The translations under genes were made by a program, and so were the position numbers. This document shows positions 27,296 through 36,490 of a stretch of DNA of 64,000 nt, piece by piece. This stretch comes from an uncultured Pseudomonadota bacterium. Lineage in GTDB: Bacteria > Pseudomonadota > Alphaproteobacteria > Rs-D84 > CACZYB01. Location of the stretch: contig CACZYB010000002.1 in assembly GCA_902785275.1 (NCBI GenBank), positions 64,001 through 128,000 on the forward strand. The letters are read 5' to 3'. The number at the start of each line of letters is the position of its first letter. Position 1 is the first letter of the stretch. The notes under the pieces are model-generated. The model did not search any database and was not told the DNA's origin. It worked only from the letters and a program-made list of their open reading frames with translations.

Positions 27296-27435
27296 ATTAT
27301 CTTATTTCTTTTCATTATACATTTATAAAAATTATCTATATTTAAAAGAATACTTATACCCTTATACCTTTTATCCATATACGTTTTTGTATGAAGAAAA
27401 ACGTAAAATCAAAAGAAATTATCTTATTGTAGTGC

Positions 27436-27468
27436 AAAAAAATCCCCAAGATTTTTTTTCTTGGGGAT
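27436..27468 (-). terminator. Intrinsic terminator
   Basis: ATCCCCAAGA-loop-TCTTGGGGAT with an A tract on the left. Confidence 0.75.
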
Positions 27469-27488
27469 GTAATAAAGTTATGTTTTAA

Positions 27489-28361
27489 TTACCAAAATTT
27501 TATCAAAGAAAGTAACTTTAATTTTGCTCTTTTTGATACAAAAATCTTTCCACAATATGGGCAAGTTGTAAATGTTGTTGAAAGCATTTTTGCAACCTTT
27601 AATACTATGATAACAGGAACAAAACCAATAACTATTATCAATACAAGTACACCATATGAAATCCAGTTGTAATAAGTATTAATCTTTGTCATAAGATTTC
27701 TTACAACACCGATTTTTGTTTTTGAAATTTCGGAATAAATTGATGCGGAAATTTTTCTTGCATTTTCTGTCGCAAAACCATAATTACCCGCAACAAGATT
27801 TTTATAATTTGTATCGTTCAAATTAAGTTGCTTTTGCATTTGGTTTTGGCCAAATGATTTAAGTTCATCTTTTAATGCCTTATCCAAATCACGTTCCAAA
27901 GTCTTTGAAATTTCTTCGGTTTTTTCTTTTATTTCCTTATTAACTTTATCAACTTGTTTTTGCAAAGCTTCGGATTTATCAGCAACTTTATCTGCATTCT
28001 TTACACCAACTTTTGAAAGAAGACTTGCAGTTTTCGAAATTTTTTCTGTCTTTTCAGAAACCTTATCAAGCTTTATTTCAGGTATTGAAATTTTTGATGT
28101 ATACTTTGAAATGTTTATGTGTTTTGAAAGATTAGCAGAAAGGTCATTGTATTGATCCATCAAAACTTTGTTTGTTTCATAAACACCACTTACTACAACA
28201 AAATTTCTGATTGCATTGGAATTTTTGTAAAAGTAATTTGCAACAGGAAAAACAACAAAAATAATCCAAAGGAATGAAAATATCCATGCGATTTTTTTTG
28301 CCAAAGATACCTGTTTTTTTAATTGGTATTCTTCACCAGATTTTACAACTTTTTTTACCAT
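27489..28361 (-). CDS. Hypothetical membrane protein (TM, coiled region, TM, CPYC)
   Basis: Two hydrophobic segments flank a K/E-rich helical region; C-terminal TCPYCGK; GGAGG RBS. Confidence 0.8.
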   Translation of the reverse strand: MVKKVVKSGEEYQLKKQVSLAKKIAWIFSFLWIIFVVFPVANYFYKNSNAIRNFVVVSGVYETNKVLMDQYNDLSANLSKHINISKYTSKISIPEIKLDKVSEKTEKISKTASLLSKVGVKNADKVADKSEALQKQVDKVNKEIKEKTEEISKTLERDLDKALKDELKSFGQNQMQKQLNLNDTNYKNLVAGNYGFATENARKISASIYSEISKTKIGVVRNLMTKINTYYNWISYGVLVLIIVIGFVPVIIVLKVAKMLSTTFTTCPYCGKIFVSKRAKLKLLSLIKFW

Positions 28362-28425
28362 AATAAACCTCCATTGTTATTATTAATACAGTGAAATTGT
28401 AAAACAAAAAAAGCCATTTATCAAC

Positions 28426-28454
28426 AAAAAACCTCCCGATTACGGAAGGTTTTT
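28426..28454 (-). terminator. Intrinsic terminator of the fadL-like gene
   Basis: On the - strand AAAAACCTTCCG-taat-CGGGAGGTTTTTT. Confidence 0.75.
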
Positions 28455-28481
28455 ATTAACACAAATAAAGGAGGGGTTATA

Positions 28482-29858
28482 TTAGAAATAATATTGTACA
28501 GAAGCACTGAACATATTAATATGAAGATCGTATTCTGTATCAAATCCACCAGGATTTTTCTCAGAATATTTGGATTCGCCCCCATCAATGAACACATGAG
28601 CATAGGCTAAATCAAGCTTTCCGCCATCAAACTTATAACTTGCACCAAGTGCAGTGATAAGCCTGTTGTCGTCAGGTATTCTTGCAGTTCTATGTTCGTC
28701 GTTTGGAATAGGAGTTTTTTCAACTTCTAAACCAGCACGAAGTGTCCAATCTTTTGTATAGTCATAATCTGCACCAACAGAGAATGTCCATGTATCACGC
28801 CAATTTTCTTTTGTAGAGCTTACAAGATCTTCTGCTCCATTGGCATCTGAATAAATATTAAGTTCTTTGAAACGGCTCCATCTTGTCCATTTTGCAGTAG
28901 CAGACAATGCAAGTTTATCATCAAGTTTATGATATGATGAAACCATTATATTTTCAGGAAGTGTAACTGTTGCATGCGCAGTTCCATTTCTTGTTATTGC
29001 ACCTGCAGGAAGTGTGGCATCAACAGGGAGTGTATATCCTGCAGGAAGTGTCATTCCATTTGCCAAAGTCAAAGAAGAAGAAAGTGTATATGGGCTTTCA
29101 AGTGTAGTTGCATAACTTGAAAGTTTATGTGTACCTTCTAAGTGATAAGTAGACTTTGAACGATAGGATATTCCGTATCTGTTATTTTCGTTAACTTTAT
29201 ACATTGCACCCAAAGTATATGCCAATGTTAAATCATCGCCATTGTCGCCATTTATATCAGAGTATAAAAGATGTGATGCAGGTAAATCTACATAAATTGG
29301 ATTACCTTCTGCGTCAACACCATACTTTGTTTTACTTAAATTATTTGTTAATTTAGCAGTTGCAAACTGTGTTGAAAGAGAAGCACCAATGCTTAACTTG
29401 TTTGTTAAGTCATAAGATGAGGATACAGTCAAATCGTAAACAACGATTTCTGAAAGTAATGCTTCGTCTCGTCCCCACCAACCTTTTTTATATTCTGTTC
29501 CAATACCGTATGGTGTATAGAATGCAAAACCAAGTTTCATTTTATCAGAAAGACTTGTTTGTGCGAAAATAGATGGAACAGGGGAGAAAATATTCAAGCT
29601 TTCGTGGTTATCATCTTTTCTATCATCAATATTTGCGTAAATATCAACAAAGCTTACTCCAATTTGCATACCATCACGAGAAAGTGACATACCAGCAGGG
29701 TTTGAAACTATCGCTGAATAATCATCACCAACCAATCCCATACCTGCAAATCCACGACCAAGTGAAGTTGTAGAATACTCTGTTAAAGAAAATCCACCAG
29801 CCATAGCACCCTTTGATGCAATCAATAGAGCCATAGCTAACATAGAAACTTTTTTCAT
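28482..29858 (-). CDS. OmpP1/FadL/TodX-family outer-membrane transporter
   Basis: Signal peptide then AGGFSLTEYS..LGRGFAG..NPAG; WTRWSRF; RTARIPD; C-terminal QYYF. Confidence 0.92.
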   Translation of the reverse strand: MKKVSMLAMALLIASKGAMAGGFSLTEYSTTSLGRGFAGMGLVGDDYSAIVSNPAGMSLSRDGMQIGVSFVDIYANIDDRKDDNHESLNIFSPVPSIFAQTSLSDKMKLGFAFYTPYGIGTEYKKGWWGRDEALLSEIVVYDLTVSSSYDLTNKLSIGASLSTQFATAKLTNNLSKTKYGVDAEGNPIYVDLPASHLLYSDINGDNGDDLTLAYTLGAMYKVNENNRYGISYRSKSTYHLEGTHKLSSYATTLESPYTLSSSLTLANGMTLPAGYTLPVDATLPAGAITRNGTAHATVTLPENIMVSSYHKLDDKLALSATAKWTRWSRFKELNIYSDANGAEDLVSSTKENWRDTWTFSVGADYDYTKDWTLRAGLEVEKTPIPNDEHRTARIPDDNRLITALGASYKFDGGKLDLAYAHVFIDGGESKYSEKNPGGFDTEYDLHINMFSASVQYYF

Positions 29859-29959
29859 AATTTATCCTTTTGTTTTCGTTTATAACAAATAGGACTATAC
29901 ACCTATAAAAAAAATAAATCAAGCGTTTGTTTGAATTTTTTTGTAAAAAATAAAAAAGT

Positions 29960-30580
29960 CTATAAAATGAAGCTGTTATCAATTACTTCACAAATCTTTT
30001 TTATCTCTTTTTCAGAATAATTTGCCCATCCCATCATCTTTGAAATAGAATCTTTTCTTACTGCAACGTTGAAAATTTGTGAAAAAAGCATAAATGTAGA
30101 AAGCGTAGCATTTTCCTCAGTCATCCTGCCTTCATTCGCCTCCATCAACAAATCTGCAATAATAGGCATATATACCTTGTTCAAGCTATCTTCAAATATA
30201 TGGAAGCATTCAGAAGGTTTTACATATTCCATCAAATAAATAGTAACAATTTCCTTTGGAACCTTAGGAAGACAGATACCTTCAATAAACTTGTGAATGA
30301 TTCGTTGAAGCATTTTCCTGCATTCTTCGGCAACAGGAGTATACTTTTTAAATTCATTGTATTCCTTTATCATATCGCCAAGGTAAGAATTTAAAACCTC
30401 AACTACACGACAAAGCACCCCTTCATAAAGACCACGTTTATTTTGGAAATAATAGTAAATAGCGGAAATATTGATATTTGCCTTTGCACATATATCACGT
30501 GTAGCAACTGCCTCATAACCCTTTTCGGCGAATTCCTTAACAGCAATATCTAAAATTTTTTCTTTTGAACCACTATTCAT
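29960..30580 (-). CDS. TetR/AcrR-family transcriptional regulator (CecR/YbiH-like)
   Basis: KEKILDIAVKEFAEKGYEAVATRDICAKANINISAIYYYFQNKRGLY HTH. Confidence 0.92.
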   Translation of the reverse strand: MNSGSKEKILDIAVKEFAEKGYEAVATRDICAKANINISAIYYYFQNKRGLYEGVLCRVVEVLNSYLGDMIKEYNEFKKYTPVAEECRKMLQRIIHKFIEGICLPKVPKEIVTIYLMEYVKPSECFHIFEDSLNKVYMPIIADLLMEANEGRMTEENATLSTFMLFSQIFNVAVRKDSISKMMGWANYSEKEIKKICEVIDNSFIL

Positions 30581-30667
30581 ACCAAAACCTCTTGCAAAGG
30601 ATTATAAAGGATTCTTTTTTTTTATTCAAGGTAAAATCTTTACATCAAAGTTCTTTTGGAAATATTT

Positions 30668-31534
30668 TTAAATTTCCAAAAGGGTGTCTACAAACTTCTC
30701 TGCATCGAATTCATGAATATCATCCACCCTTTCGCCATCAGTAACAAAGAAAATAGGAAGATTGTATTTTTTTATAAGAGATATTATAAACCCAGATTTT
30801 GATGAACCTTCGGTCTTTGTAATAACAAAACCATCAATTTTGATATTTGCACCAAACTTTTCCATTTGAAGAAGGCTGTTCTGTCCGCCATTTCCATCCA
30901 AAACCAATAAGGTTTTAGTAGGTGCCGAACTATCCACCTTTCCAATAGTCTTTATAATTTTTTGAAGTTCAGCCATCAACGCATCATTATTTGCCATACG
31001 TCCAGCAGTATCAACAATTATAACATTTTTTCCTTGCGCTCTGGCTTGATTATATCCATCATACGCAAGTCCCGATGGTTCCGCATTATCGCGATAAAAT
31101 AATGTAACCCCAGCCTTATCAGTCCATTCTTTCAATTGTTCTGTCGCTGAAATACGAAAAGTATCACACGCAATAACGGCAATATCCTTGCCTTCCTTTT
31201 TCCATTTATGCGAAAGTTTTCCAATAGTTGTGGTCTTTCCACTTCCATTCACACCAATCATCACCAAAGAATAAGGATTAGCAACTGTTATATCAAGCTT
31301 GCCTTCCGCTGGTTTAAGGATTTTTAAAATCTCATCCTTAAGTATAGCCTTAACTTCGGCCGAAGATGTATCTTTTCCAAGCTTTTTCTTTTTTACCGTA
31401 TCAATCAACTGGGTAACTGTGTCAAAAGAAATATCTGATGTAATAAGAAGGTCTTCTAAACTTTCCAACATATCTTCATCAAGCTTTTTCCCAGAAAATA
31501 TTGATGATATTTTTGATCCAATCTTTCCAAACAT
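30668..31534 (-). CDS. ftsY: Signal recognition particle receptor FtsY (NG domain only, divergent)
   Basis: LEDLLITSDI, GVNGSGKTT, DTFR, DTAGR, GQN, GERVDD. Confidence 0.9.
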   Translation of the reverse strand: MFGKIGSKISSIFSGKKLDEDMLESLEDLLITSDISFDTVTQLIDTVKKKKLGKDTSSAEVKAILKDEILKILKPAEGKLDITVANPYSLVMIGVNGSGKTTTIGKLSHKWKKEGKDIAVIACDTFRISATEQLKEWTDKAGVTLFYRDNAEPSGLAYDGYNQARAQGKNVIIVDTAGRMANNDALMAELQKIIKTIGKVDSSAPTKTLLVLDGNGGQNSLLQMEKFGANIKIDGFVITKTEGSSKSGFIISLIKKYNLPIFFVTDGERVDDIHEFDAEKFVDTLLEI

Positions 31535-31605
31535 AAAAATCCTTTGATTATATTTAATTTTTGTTTTATTATTGCTAATATAAGAAAAAATTTCAAGAGG
31601 AATTT

Positions 31606-32490
31606 ATGAAACAAAAAGCATATATAATTTGTGGCCCAACAGCCAGTGGTAAAAGTTCGCTTGCGATTGACCTTGCCCTTAAAAATAATGGCGTGATAAT
31701 CAATGCCGACAGTCAACAGGTTTATCGCGAACTTCCTATACTTACTGCTTGCCCATCGAAAAAGGATTATGAAACAGTCCCTCATAAACTTTACCAATTT
31801 TTTGATGGTGGAAAGAAAATGGATGCTTCTCTTTGGGTCGATTATGCAAAAAAGGAAATAGAGGCTGCCTTTAATCAAAATAAAACTCCATATATTGTTG
31901 GTGGAACCGGTTTTTATATAAAGGCATTAACTCAAGGTCTTTCTGTTATCCCTGATATACCGGCCAATATCCGTAAACAGGTAAGACAAGAAGGCTTGCA
32001 CGCAAAAAATGTCGAACTTTACGAAATACTTAAAAAATACGATCCTGATTTATGTAAAAAGGTTCTTCCATCCGATAAACAGCGTGTTCTTCGTGGGATT
32101 GAGGTTTTTCGTGCAACTGGCACTCCGCTTTCCGTATGGCAAAGACAGAAAAAGGTGCTTCCTCTTCCAGAAATTGATTTTGATTTGCAAATAATTGATT
32201 TCGAAATGCCCGAACTTGAACAACGTATAAAACTTCGTACAGAAGAGATGTTTAAAAACGGTGTTGTTGATGAAGTAAAAGAAGTTCTTCGAGGTGACTA
32301 TCCTGATAATGCTGCAGTGTTTAAAATTATCGGTTTCCAAACAATATGGCAATATCTTGCAGAAAATATTACTCTTGATGAGGCAAAGGCTGAAGTAATC
32401 CTTCTTACTCGCCAGTATGCAAAACGACAACGTACATTCTTTAGAACTCAACTAAAAGCAGGAAATATCGAAGGTAATTCAGCTAAATAA
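31606..32490 (+). CDS. miaA: tRNA dimethylallyltransferase
   Basis: GPTASGKS, NADSQQVY, VGGTGFY, TRQYAKRQ. Confidence 0.97.
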   Translation: MKQKAYIICGPTASGKSSLAIDLALKNNGVIINADSQQVYRELPILTACPSKKDYETVPHKLYQFFDGGKKMDASLWVDYAKKEIEAAFNQNKTPYIVGGTGFYIKALTQGLSVIPDIPANIRKQVRQEGLHAKNVELYEILKKYDPDLCKKVLPSDKQRVLRGIEVFRATGTPLSVWQRQKKVLPLPEIDFDLQIIDFEMPELEQRIKLRTEEMFKNGVVDEVKEVLRGDYPDNAAVFKIIGFQTIWQYLAENITLDEAKAEVILLTRQYAKRQRTFFRTQLKAGNIEGNSAK

Positions 32491-32492
32491 TA

Positions 32493-32521
32493 TTGACCCA
32501 TATCCATTTTTGTGATACAAT
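32493..32521 (+). promoter_or_regulatory. Putative sigma70 promoter with extended -10
   Basis: TTGACC-17 bp-TACAAT with TGn just before the -10. Confidence 0.65.
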
Positions 32522-32549
32522 ATAAAAAAATTATCACAGGAGAGTGGGT

Positions 32550-34097
32550 ATGGATATATTGGAGATTTCGCAAATAGTTGGTTCACATGTTTCTGGAAAT
32601 GAAGCAACTGCAAGTTCAAATATTTTTGCGTTTTTAAGTAAATATACTGATGAAGTTTTTAAACGTAATTTTGAATTTATTGCAAAGTTTTTAATTGATT
32701 TCGATTTGGCAATAAAAAATTCGGATGATGCTAAAAGAAAAGAATTTCAATCCCGTATTCAAGATATGTTTACACCTTTGAAAAAGTCATCTATTGATGA
32801 AAATGATGTTAGTGATTTATTCCAAAAATTTGAAATTATCTTGAACGTTATGATTATGGAAAGTAAGAAAAGTACAGAATTGGACTTTCTTCAAAACAAA
32901 AATGAAAATGTTGCAATAGAAGATAATCCAATAAATACTGATTCTTTTCAAAATTTTATATTGATTCCTACTAACGACGAAAAATCTCTTATGATTATAA
33001 ATCCAAAAGGTAAGGTTTTGGTTGTAACAGAAAATAAGGCCGAAGTCTTAAATGATAAGGATGCACATGATGCAATAAATTCTCTTCCTAAATTGCCTAT
33101 TATAGAAATATCAAAAGAAGATGTGATAAAAAATTTGCAAACACATAATGTTCAATATGATATTTCTGATGATCCATTTATAAAGGAATTTTTGAATACA
33201 GTAAATGATGGTAATAACCAAAATCCTTCAAACTTACCGGCAAGTGCCTTTGCAAATGGAATTAAAAATATTCTTGGAAAATCTAGTGATAATTCCGCTG
33301 AGATAAAGGAAGTTATAGAAGAAGCTTCCAAAAGAAACAGAAAATCCAAAAACAAAGCTTTGGTTGGTGAAAATGTTGATAATACCAATATGGTTCATCC
33401 ACTGATAAAGTTTTTAAAAAGAGTTGAATCCCGAAGTGATGAAAAATATAAAAAAGCTTTTACCGTAATCTCATCAAAAGATGAAGAAAACGGAACCGTA
33501 ACAAAATTTGATGGTAACGATTACCTTATTGCAGATGATGCTTCTGTTACTTATAAAACAAAAACTACTTCAAATAAAATTACTGCGGATATGGAAACAA
33601 ACAATATGACCATATCTCACAGAAAAAGCCACAAAGTAGAAAACAAAGTCATTGTCGATACAATACTTTCAACTGTGGATTATATGAATGATAAAGGTCA
33701 GGTACCATTTGAACTTAGTATCAATTTCAAAACAGAAGATTATCTAAAATCTGTTGTTTGGTTCTTGTACGATTTTACTGATGCACAACTTGCTAAAAAA
33801 TCAAAGGAAGACATTAACGAAAGTAAAAATATTCTTGCAAAAATTAAATCATTCAATTTTGGTGGCGTAAAAATTTCAAAGGATGAACTTTTGAAATCGA
33901 CTTCTCCGGAAACTGCAAAGAAAGAATTTGAAGATAAAATAAATAAAATTATTAAGGATAAAGAAGAGCTTGATAAAAAGAAAAAGGATGAAGAATTTAA
34001 TAATGCTTCAAAACAAATAGATGAGTTTATTGAAAAGCAAAGACAAAAGGAAGAACGACAACTTGCTGCACTTCAGCAAGATCAAAATAGTTTATAA
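32550..34097 (+). CDS. Hypothetical charged cytoplasmic protein
   Basis: AGGAG RBS 7 nt before ATG 32550; own promoter and terminator; no TM, no recognised motif. Confidence 0.8.
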   Translation: MDILEISQIVGSHVSGNEATASSNIFAFLSKYTDEVFKRNFEFIAKFLIDFDLAIKNSDDAKRKEFQSRIQDMFTPLKKSSIDENDVSDLFQKFEIILNVMIMESKKSTELDFLQNKNENVAIEDNPINTDSFQNFILIPTNDEKSLMIINPKGKVLVVTENKAEVLNDKDAHDAINSLPKLPIIEISKEDVIKNLQTHNVQYDISDDPFIKEFLNTVNDGNNQNPSNLPASAFANGIKNILGKSSDNSAEIKEVIEEASKRNRKSKNKALVGENVDNTNMVHPLIKFLKRVESRSDEKYKKAFTVISSKDEENGTVTKFDGNDYLIADDASVTYKTKTTSNKITADMETNNMTISHRKSHKVENKVIVDTILSTVDYMNDKGQVPFELSINFKTEDYLKSVVWFLYDFTDAQLAKKSKEDINESKNILAKIKSFNFGGVKISKDELLKSTSPETAKKEFEDKINKIIKDKEELDKKKKDEEFNNASKQIDEFIEKQRQKEERQLAALQQDQNSL

Positions 34098-34111
34098 TCA
34101 ACTTATTCCCT

Positions 34112-34146
34112 AAAAAAACGCCCCAGATTTTTTCTGGGGCATTTTA
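34112..34146. terminator. Bidirectional intrinsic terminator
   Basis: GCCCCAGA-ttttt-TCTGGGGC flanked by A and T runs between convergent genes. Confidence 0.8.
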
Positions 34147-34167
34147 TAAGAAAGGAATTTATACAAA

Positions 34168-35403
34168 TTATTTCTTTGATTTTTTCATTGATTTGAAAGT
34201 TTCACTTTCTTTTTTAATCACTGAAAATACTTGTCCAACATAAATCTTGTTTGGATCCTTAATTTGTTTTTTGTTTGCTTCAAATATAATCACATAATCT
34301 GCACCACGACCATATTCACGAACAGCAATGTTCCATAGGCAATCGCCTTTTTTGATTACTGTCATTGCATTTTCGCCTTCGAAAAGTACAGGTGTGAAAG
34401 TATATTCAACACGTTTTGCAACTTTACCCTTTGATGAAAGCATATCAGCACGGATAACTTGCTTTGAGCTTGAAAGTTTAAGTTCAGTATCAACAGTCCA
34501 GAAACCATTTCTATCTGTAACAACTTTTGAAACAAGTTTATTGTTCATATAAAGGTTTACAGTAGTATTCTTCATAGCCATACCTTCAACCTTGAATGAA
34601 CCTTCATCATTATAGTCAATCTTAGCAATACGAAGTACACCAATTTCTTGACCCTTTGGAGCTTTCAATACTTTTGATTGTTTCTTACCGCCAACAACAA
34701 CTGCAACTTCATCATTTGCTTTCTTTGAAACGCGAAGAACAGCAGATTGTTTACTTTTTACTTTATTACCGTTTTCATCAATAACGAAAAGTGAAAGTTT
34801 TCTGTTACCTTCTTCCAAGGCTCTCTTTGGAATGAAAACCCATTGACCATTGTCATCAGCTTTTTCCTGACCAATTTCACGACCATTGTCAACGATATGA
34901 ACAATAGCACCTTTTCCGGCTTGACCAGCGATAACAGCTTCACCTTTTTCCATTCTTACAATGTCGAATGAAGGAGCAACAGTTTCTTTCTTTTCTTCTT
35001 TTTTAGAGAAAAGTCTTGACCAGAAAGATTCTTTTTTATCTTCTTCTTTCTTTGTTTCAACTTTCTTTACTTTAACAGGAGCAGGTCTTGCTTGATCCAA
35101 TGTTGCAACATTTGCCTTATCTGTATTGAAAAGGGAAATAACCCAAACAGTAAGAAGAATTACAACCAAGCAAACAAGCAAAGCAATAGAAAACTTCTTT
35201 TGTTTTTCAGAAAGCTTTGTTCTTTTTAATTTTTCTTTTAATTCTTTAATCTTTGCTTTTGCTTTAGCAAGTTTTTCTTTAGTAGTTTCTTTGAAAGATT
35301 TCTTTGTAGAAACTTTTTCATTATTTTCTTTTACAACCTTTTCGTTTTCTACTTCAACAGCAGAACTTTTTACAGGTGTTAAGATAGGTTCTTTTTTTTC
35401 CAT
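34168..35403 (-). CDS. Membrane-anchored LysM protein with Ig-like domains
   Basis: One TM; APSFDIVR...ADDNGQWVF; C-terminal LysM IKKGDCLWNIA..YGRG..ANKKQIKDPNKIYVGQ. Confidence 0.9.
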   Translation of the reverse strand: MEKKEPILTPVKSSAVEVENEKVVKENNEKVSTKKSFKETTKEKLAKAKAKIKELKEKLKRTKLSEKQKKFSIALLVCLVVILLTVWVISLFNTDKANVATLDQARPAPVKVKKVETKKEEDKKESFWSRLFSKKEEKKETVAPSFDIVRMEKGEAVIAGQAGKGAIVHIVDNGREIGQEKADDNGQWVFIPKRALEEGNRKLSLFVIDENGNKVKSKQSAVLRVSKKANDEVAVVVGGKKQSKVLKAPKGQEIGVLRIAKIDYNDEGSFKVEGMAMKNTTVNLYMNNKLVSKVVTDRNGFWTVDTELKLSSSKQVIRADMLSSKGKVAKRVEYTFTPVLFEGENAMTVIKKGDCLWNIAVREYGRGADYVIIFEANKKQIKDPNKIYVGQVFSVIKKESETFKSMKKSKK

Positions 35404-35767
35404 TTTAAAACTCCTAACATTTTAGTTTAAAGTATATCCAAAATATGACTTTTTTTCAAAAATGTCAAGAATAATATCGATTTTGTCAAAATTATTTTTT
35501 TATCCAGCAAAAACAAGCAGTTACGAGCATGTTTTTAGACTACTTAAACAATATTGGCAAAGCAAATAATAATGCCAATCCACCAAAAATTAATTGTTCA
35601 CGTGGAGTCCTTATTTTTTTTAACTCCTTATTAAATAATGCGATGTATTATAGGAAAAAATTCATTCCTTTTCAATAAAAATCACCCAAAAAATAAATTT
35701 ATGTTGAAATTTTATAAATATTCGGCTATCTTTTATGTACTTTAAAAATTAATTTAGGAGTAATATT

Positions 35768-36334
35768 ATGAAACAACAAGCAAACCAAATAAGACCAGGT
35801 TGGGTTATTTTAGATAATGGTAAACAATACACAGTTATTGGAATTCAAATCCTTCAACCAGGTAAGGGTGGCGCATTTATTCAGGTTGAAATGCGTGATG
35901 TTGAAACAGGTCTTAAAACACAACAAAGATGGAGAACTGTTGATACAGTTGAAAAATTAACTGCTGAAGATAAAGATTATCAATACCTTTATGCAGAAGG
36001 TGATGATTTCGTATTCATGGATCAAGAAAGCTATGAACAAATCAATATTTCAAAAGATTTGCTTGGCGAACGTGCTCCTCTTCTTCAAGATGGTATGAAA
36101 GTTATCATCAGTTTCATCGAAGGAAAGGCAATTTCTGTTCAACTTCCTAAAAATGCAACTTGCACAATCGCAGAAACAGAACCTGTTGTTAAGGGGCAAA
36201 CTGCTACTGGTTCATTCAAACCTGCTATCTTGGATAATGGTATCCGTGTTATGGTTCCACAATTCATCGATGCTGGTGATGCTATCGTTATTTCAACAGA
36301 CGATCTTGCATACATCGAACGTGCAAAGAAATAA
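35768..36334 (+). CDS. efp: Elongation factor P
   Basis: PGKGGAF, YQYLY, FMDQESYEQ, KGQTATGSFKPA, VPQFI. Confidence 0.97.
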   Translation: MKQQANQIRPGWVILDNGKQYTVIGIQILQPGKGGAFIQVEMRDVETGLKTQQRWRTVDTVEKLTAEDKDYQYLYAEGDDFVFMDQESYEQINISKDLLGERAPLLQDGMKVIISFIEGKAISVQLPKNATCTIAETEPVVKGQTATGSFKPAILDNGIRVMVPQFIDAGDAIVISTDDLAYIERAKK

Positions 36335-36350
36335 TTTTATTTCAATTCGT

Positions 36351-36382
36351 AATACCCTGTCTCTTGGCAGGGTATTTTTTTT
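36351..36382 (+). terminator. Intrinsic terminator of efp
   Basis: AATACCCTGTC-tctt-GGCAGGGTATT followed by a T run. Confidence 0.85.
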
Positions 36383-36426
36383 GAAAATTAAACCATAATA
36401 TCTTCCTATTTTTTTCCAGATAATAT

Positions 36427-36455
36427 TTGACTTTTTTCCCAGAAAATTATATAAT
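36427..36455 (+). promoter_or_regulatory. Putative sigma70 promoter
   Basis: TTGACT-17 bp-TATAAT upstream of the lipoprotein gene. Confidence 0.65.
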
Positions 36456-36490
36456 ATTTTGCATAAGGATAGAAATGGAGAAAATCGAAA

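Noticed and set aside
27252-27488. 78-aa ORF
   Set aside because: Spans two terminator hairpins, has low-complexity Y/F/L composition and no RBS
35553-35579. ATTGGCA-N13-TGCCAAT inverted repeat / sigma54-like TGGCA..TTGC on the - strand
   Set aside because: GG-to-GC spacing is 1 bp longer than the strict -24/-12 consensus; the short repeat alone is weak evidence
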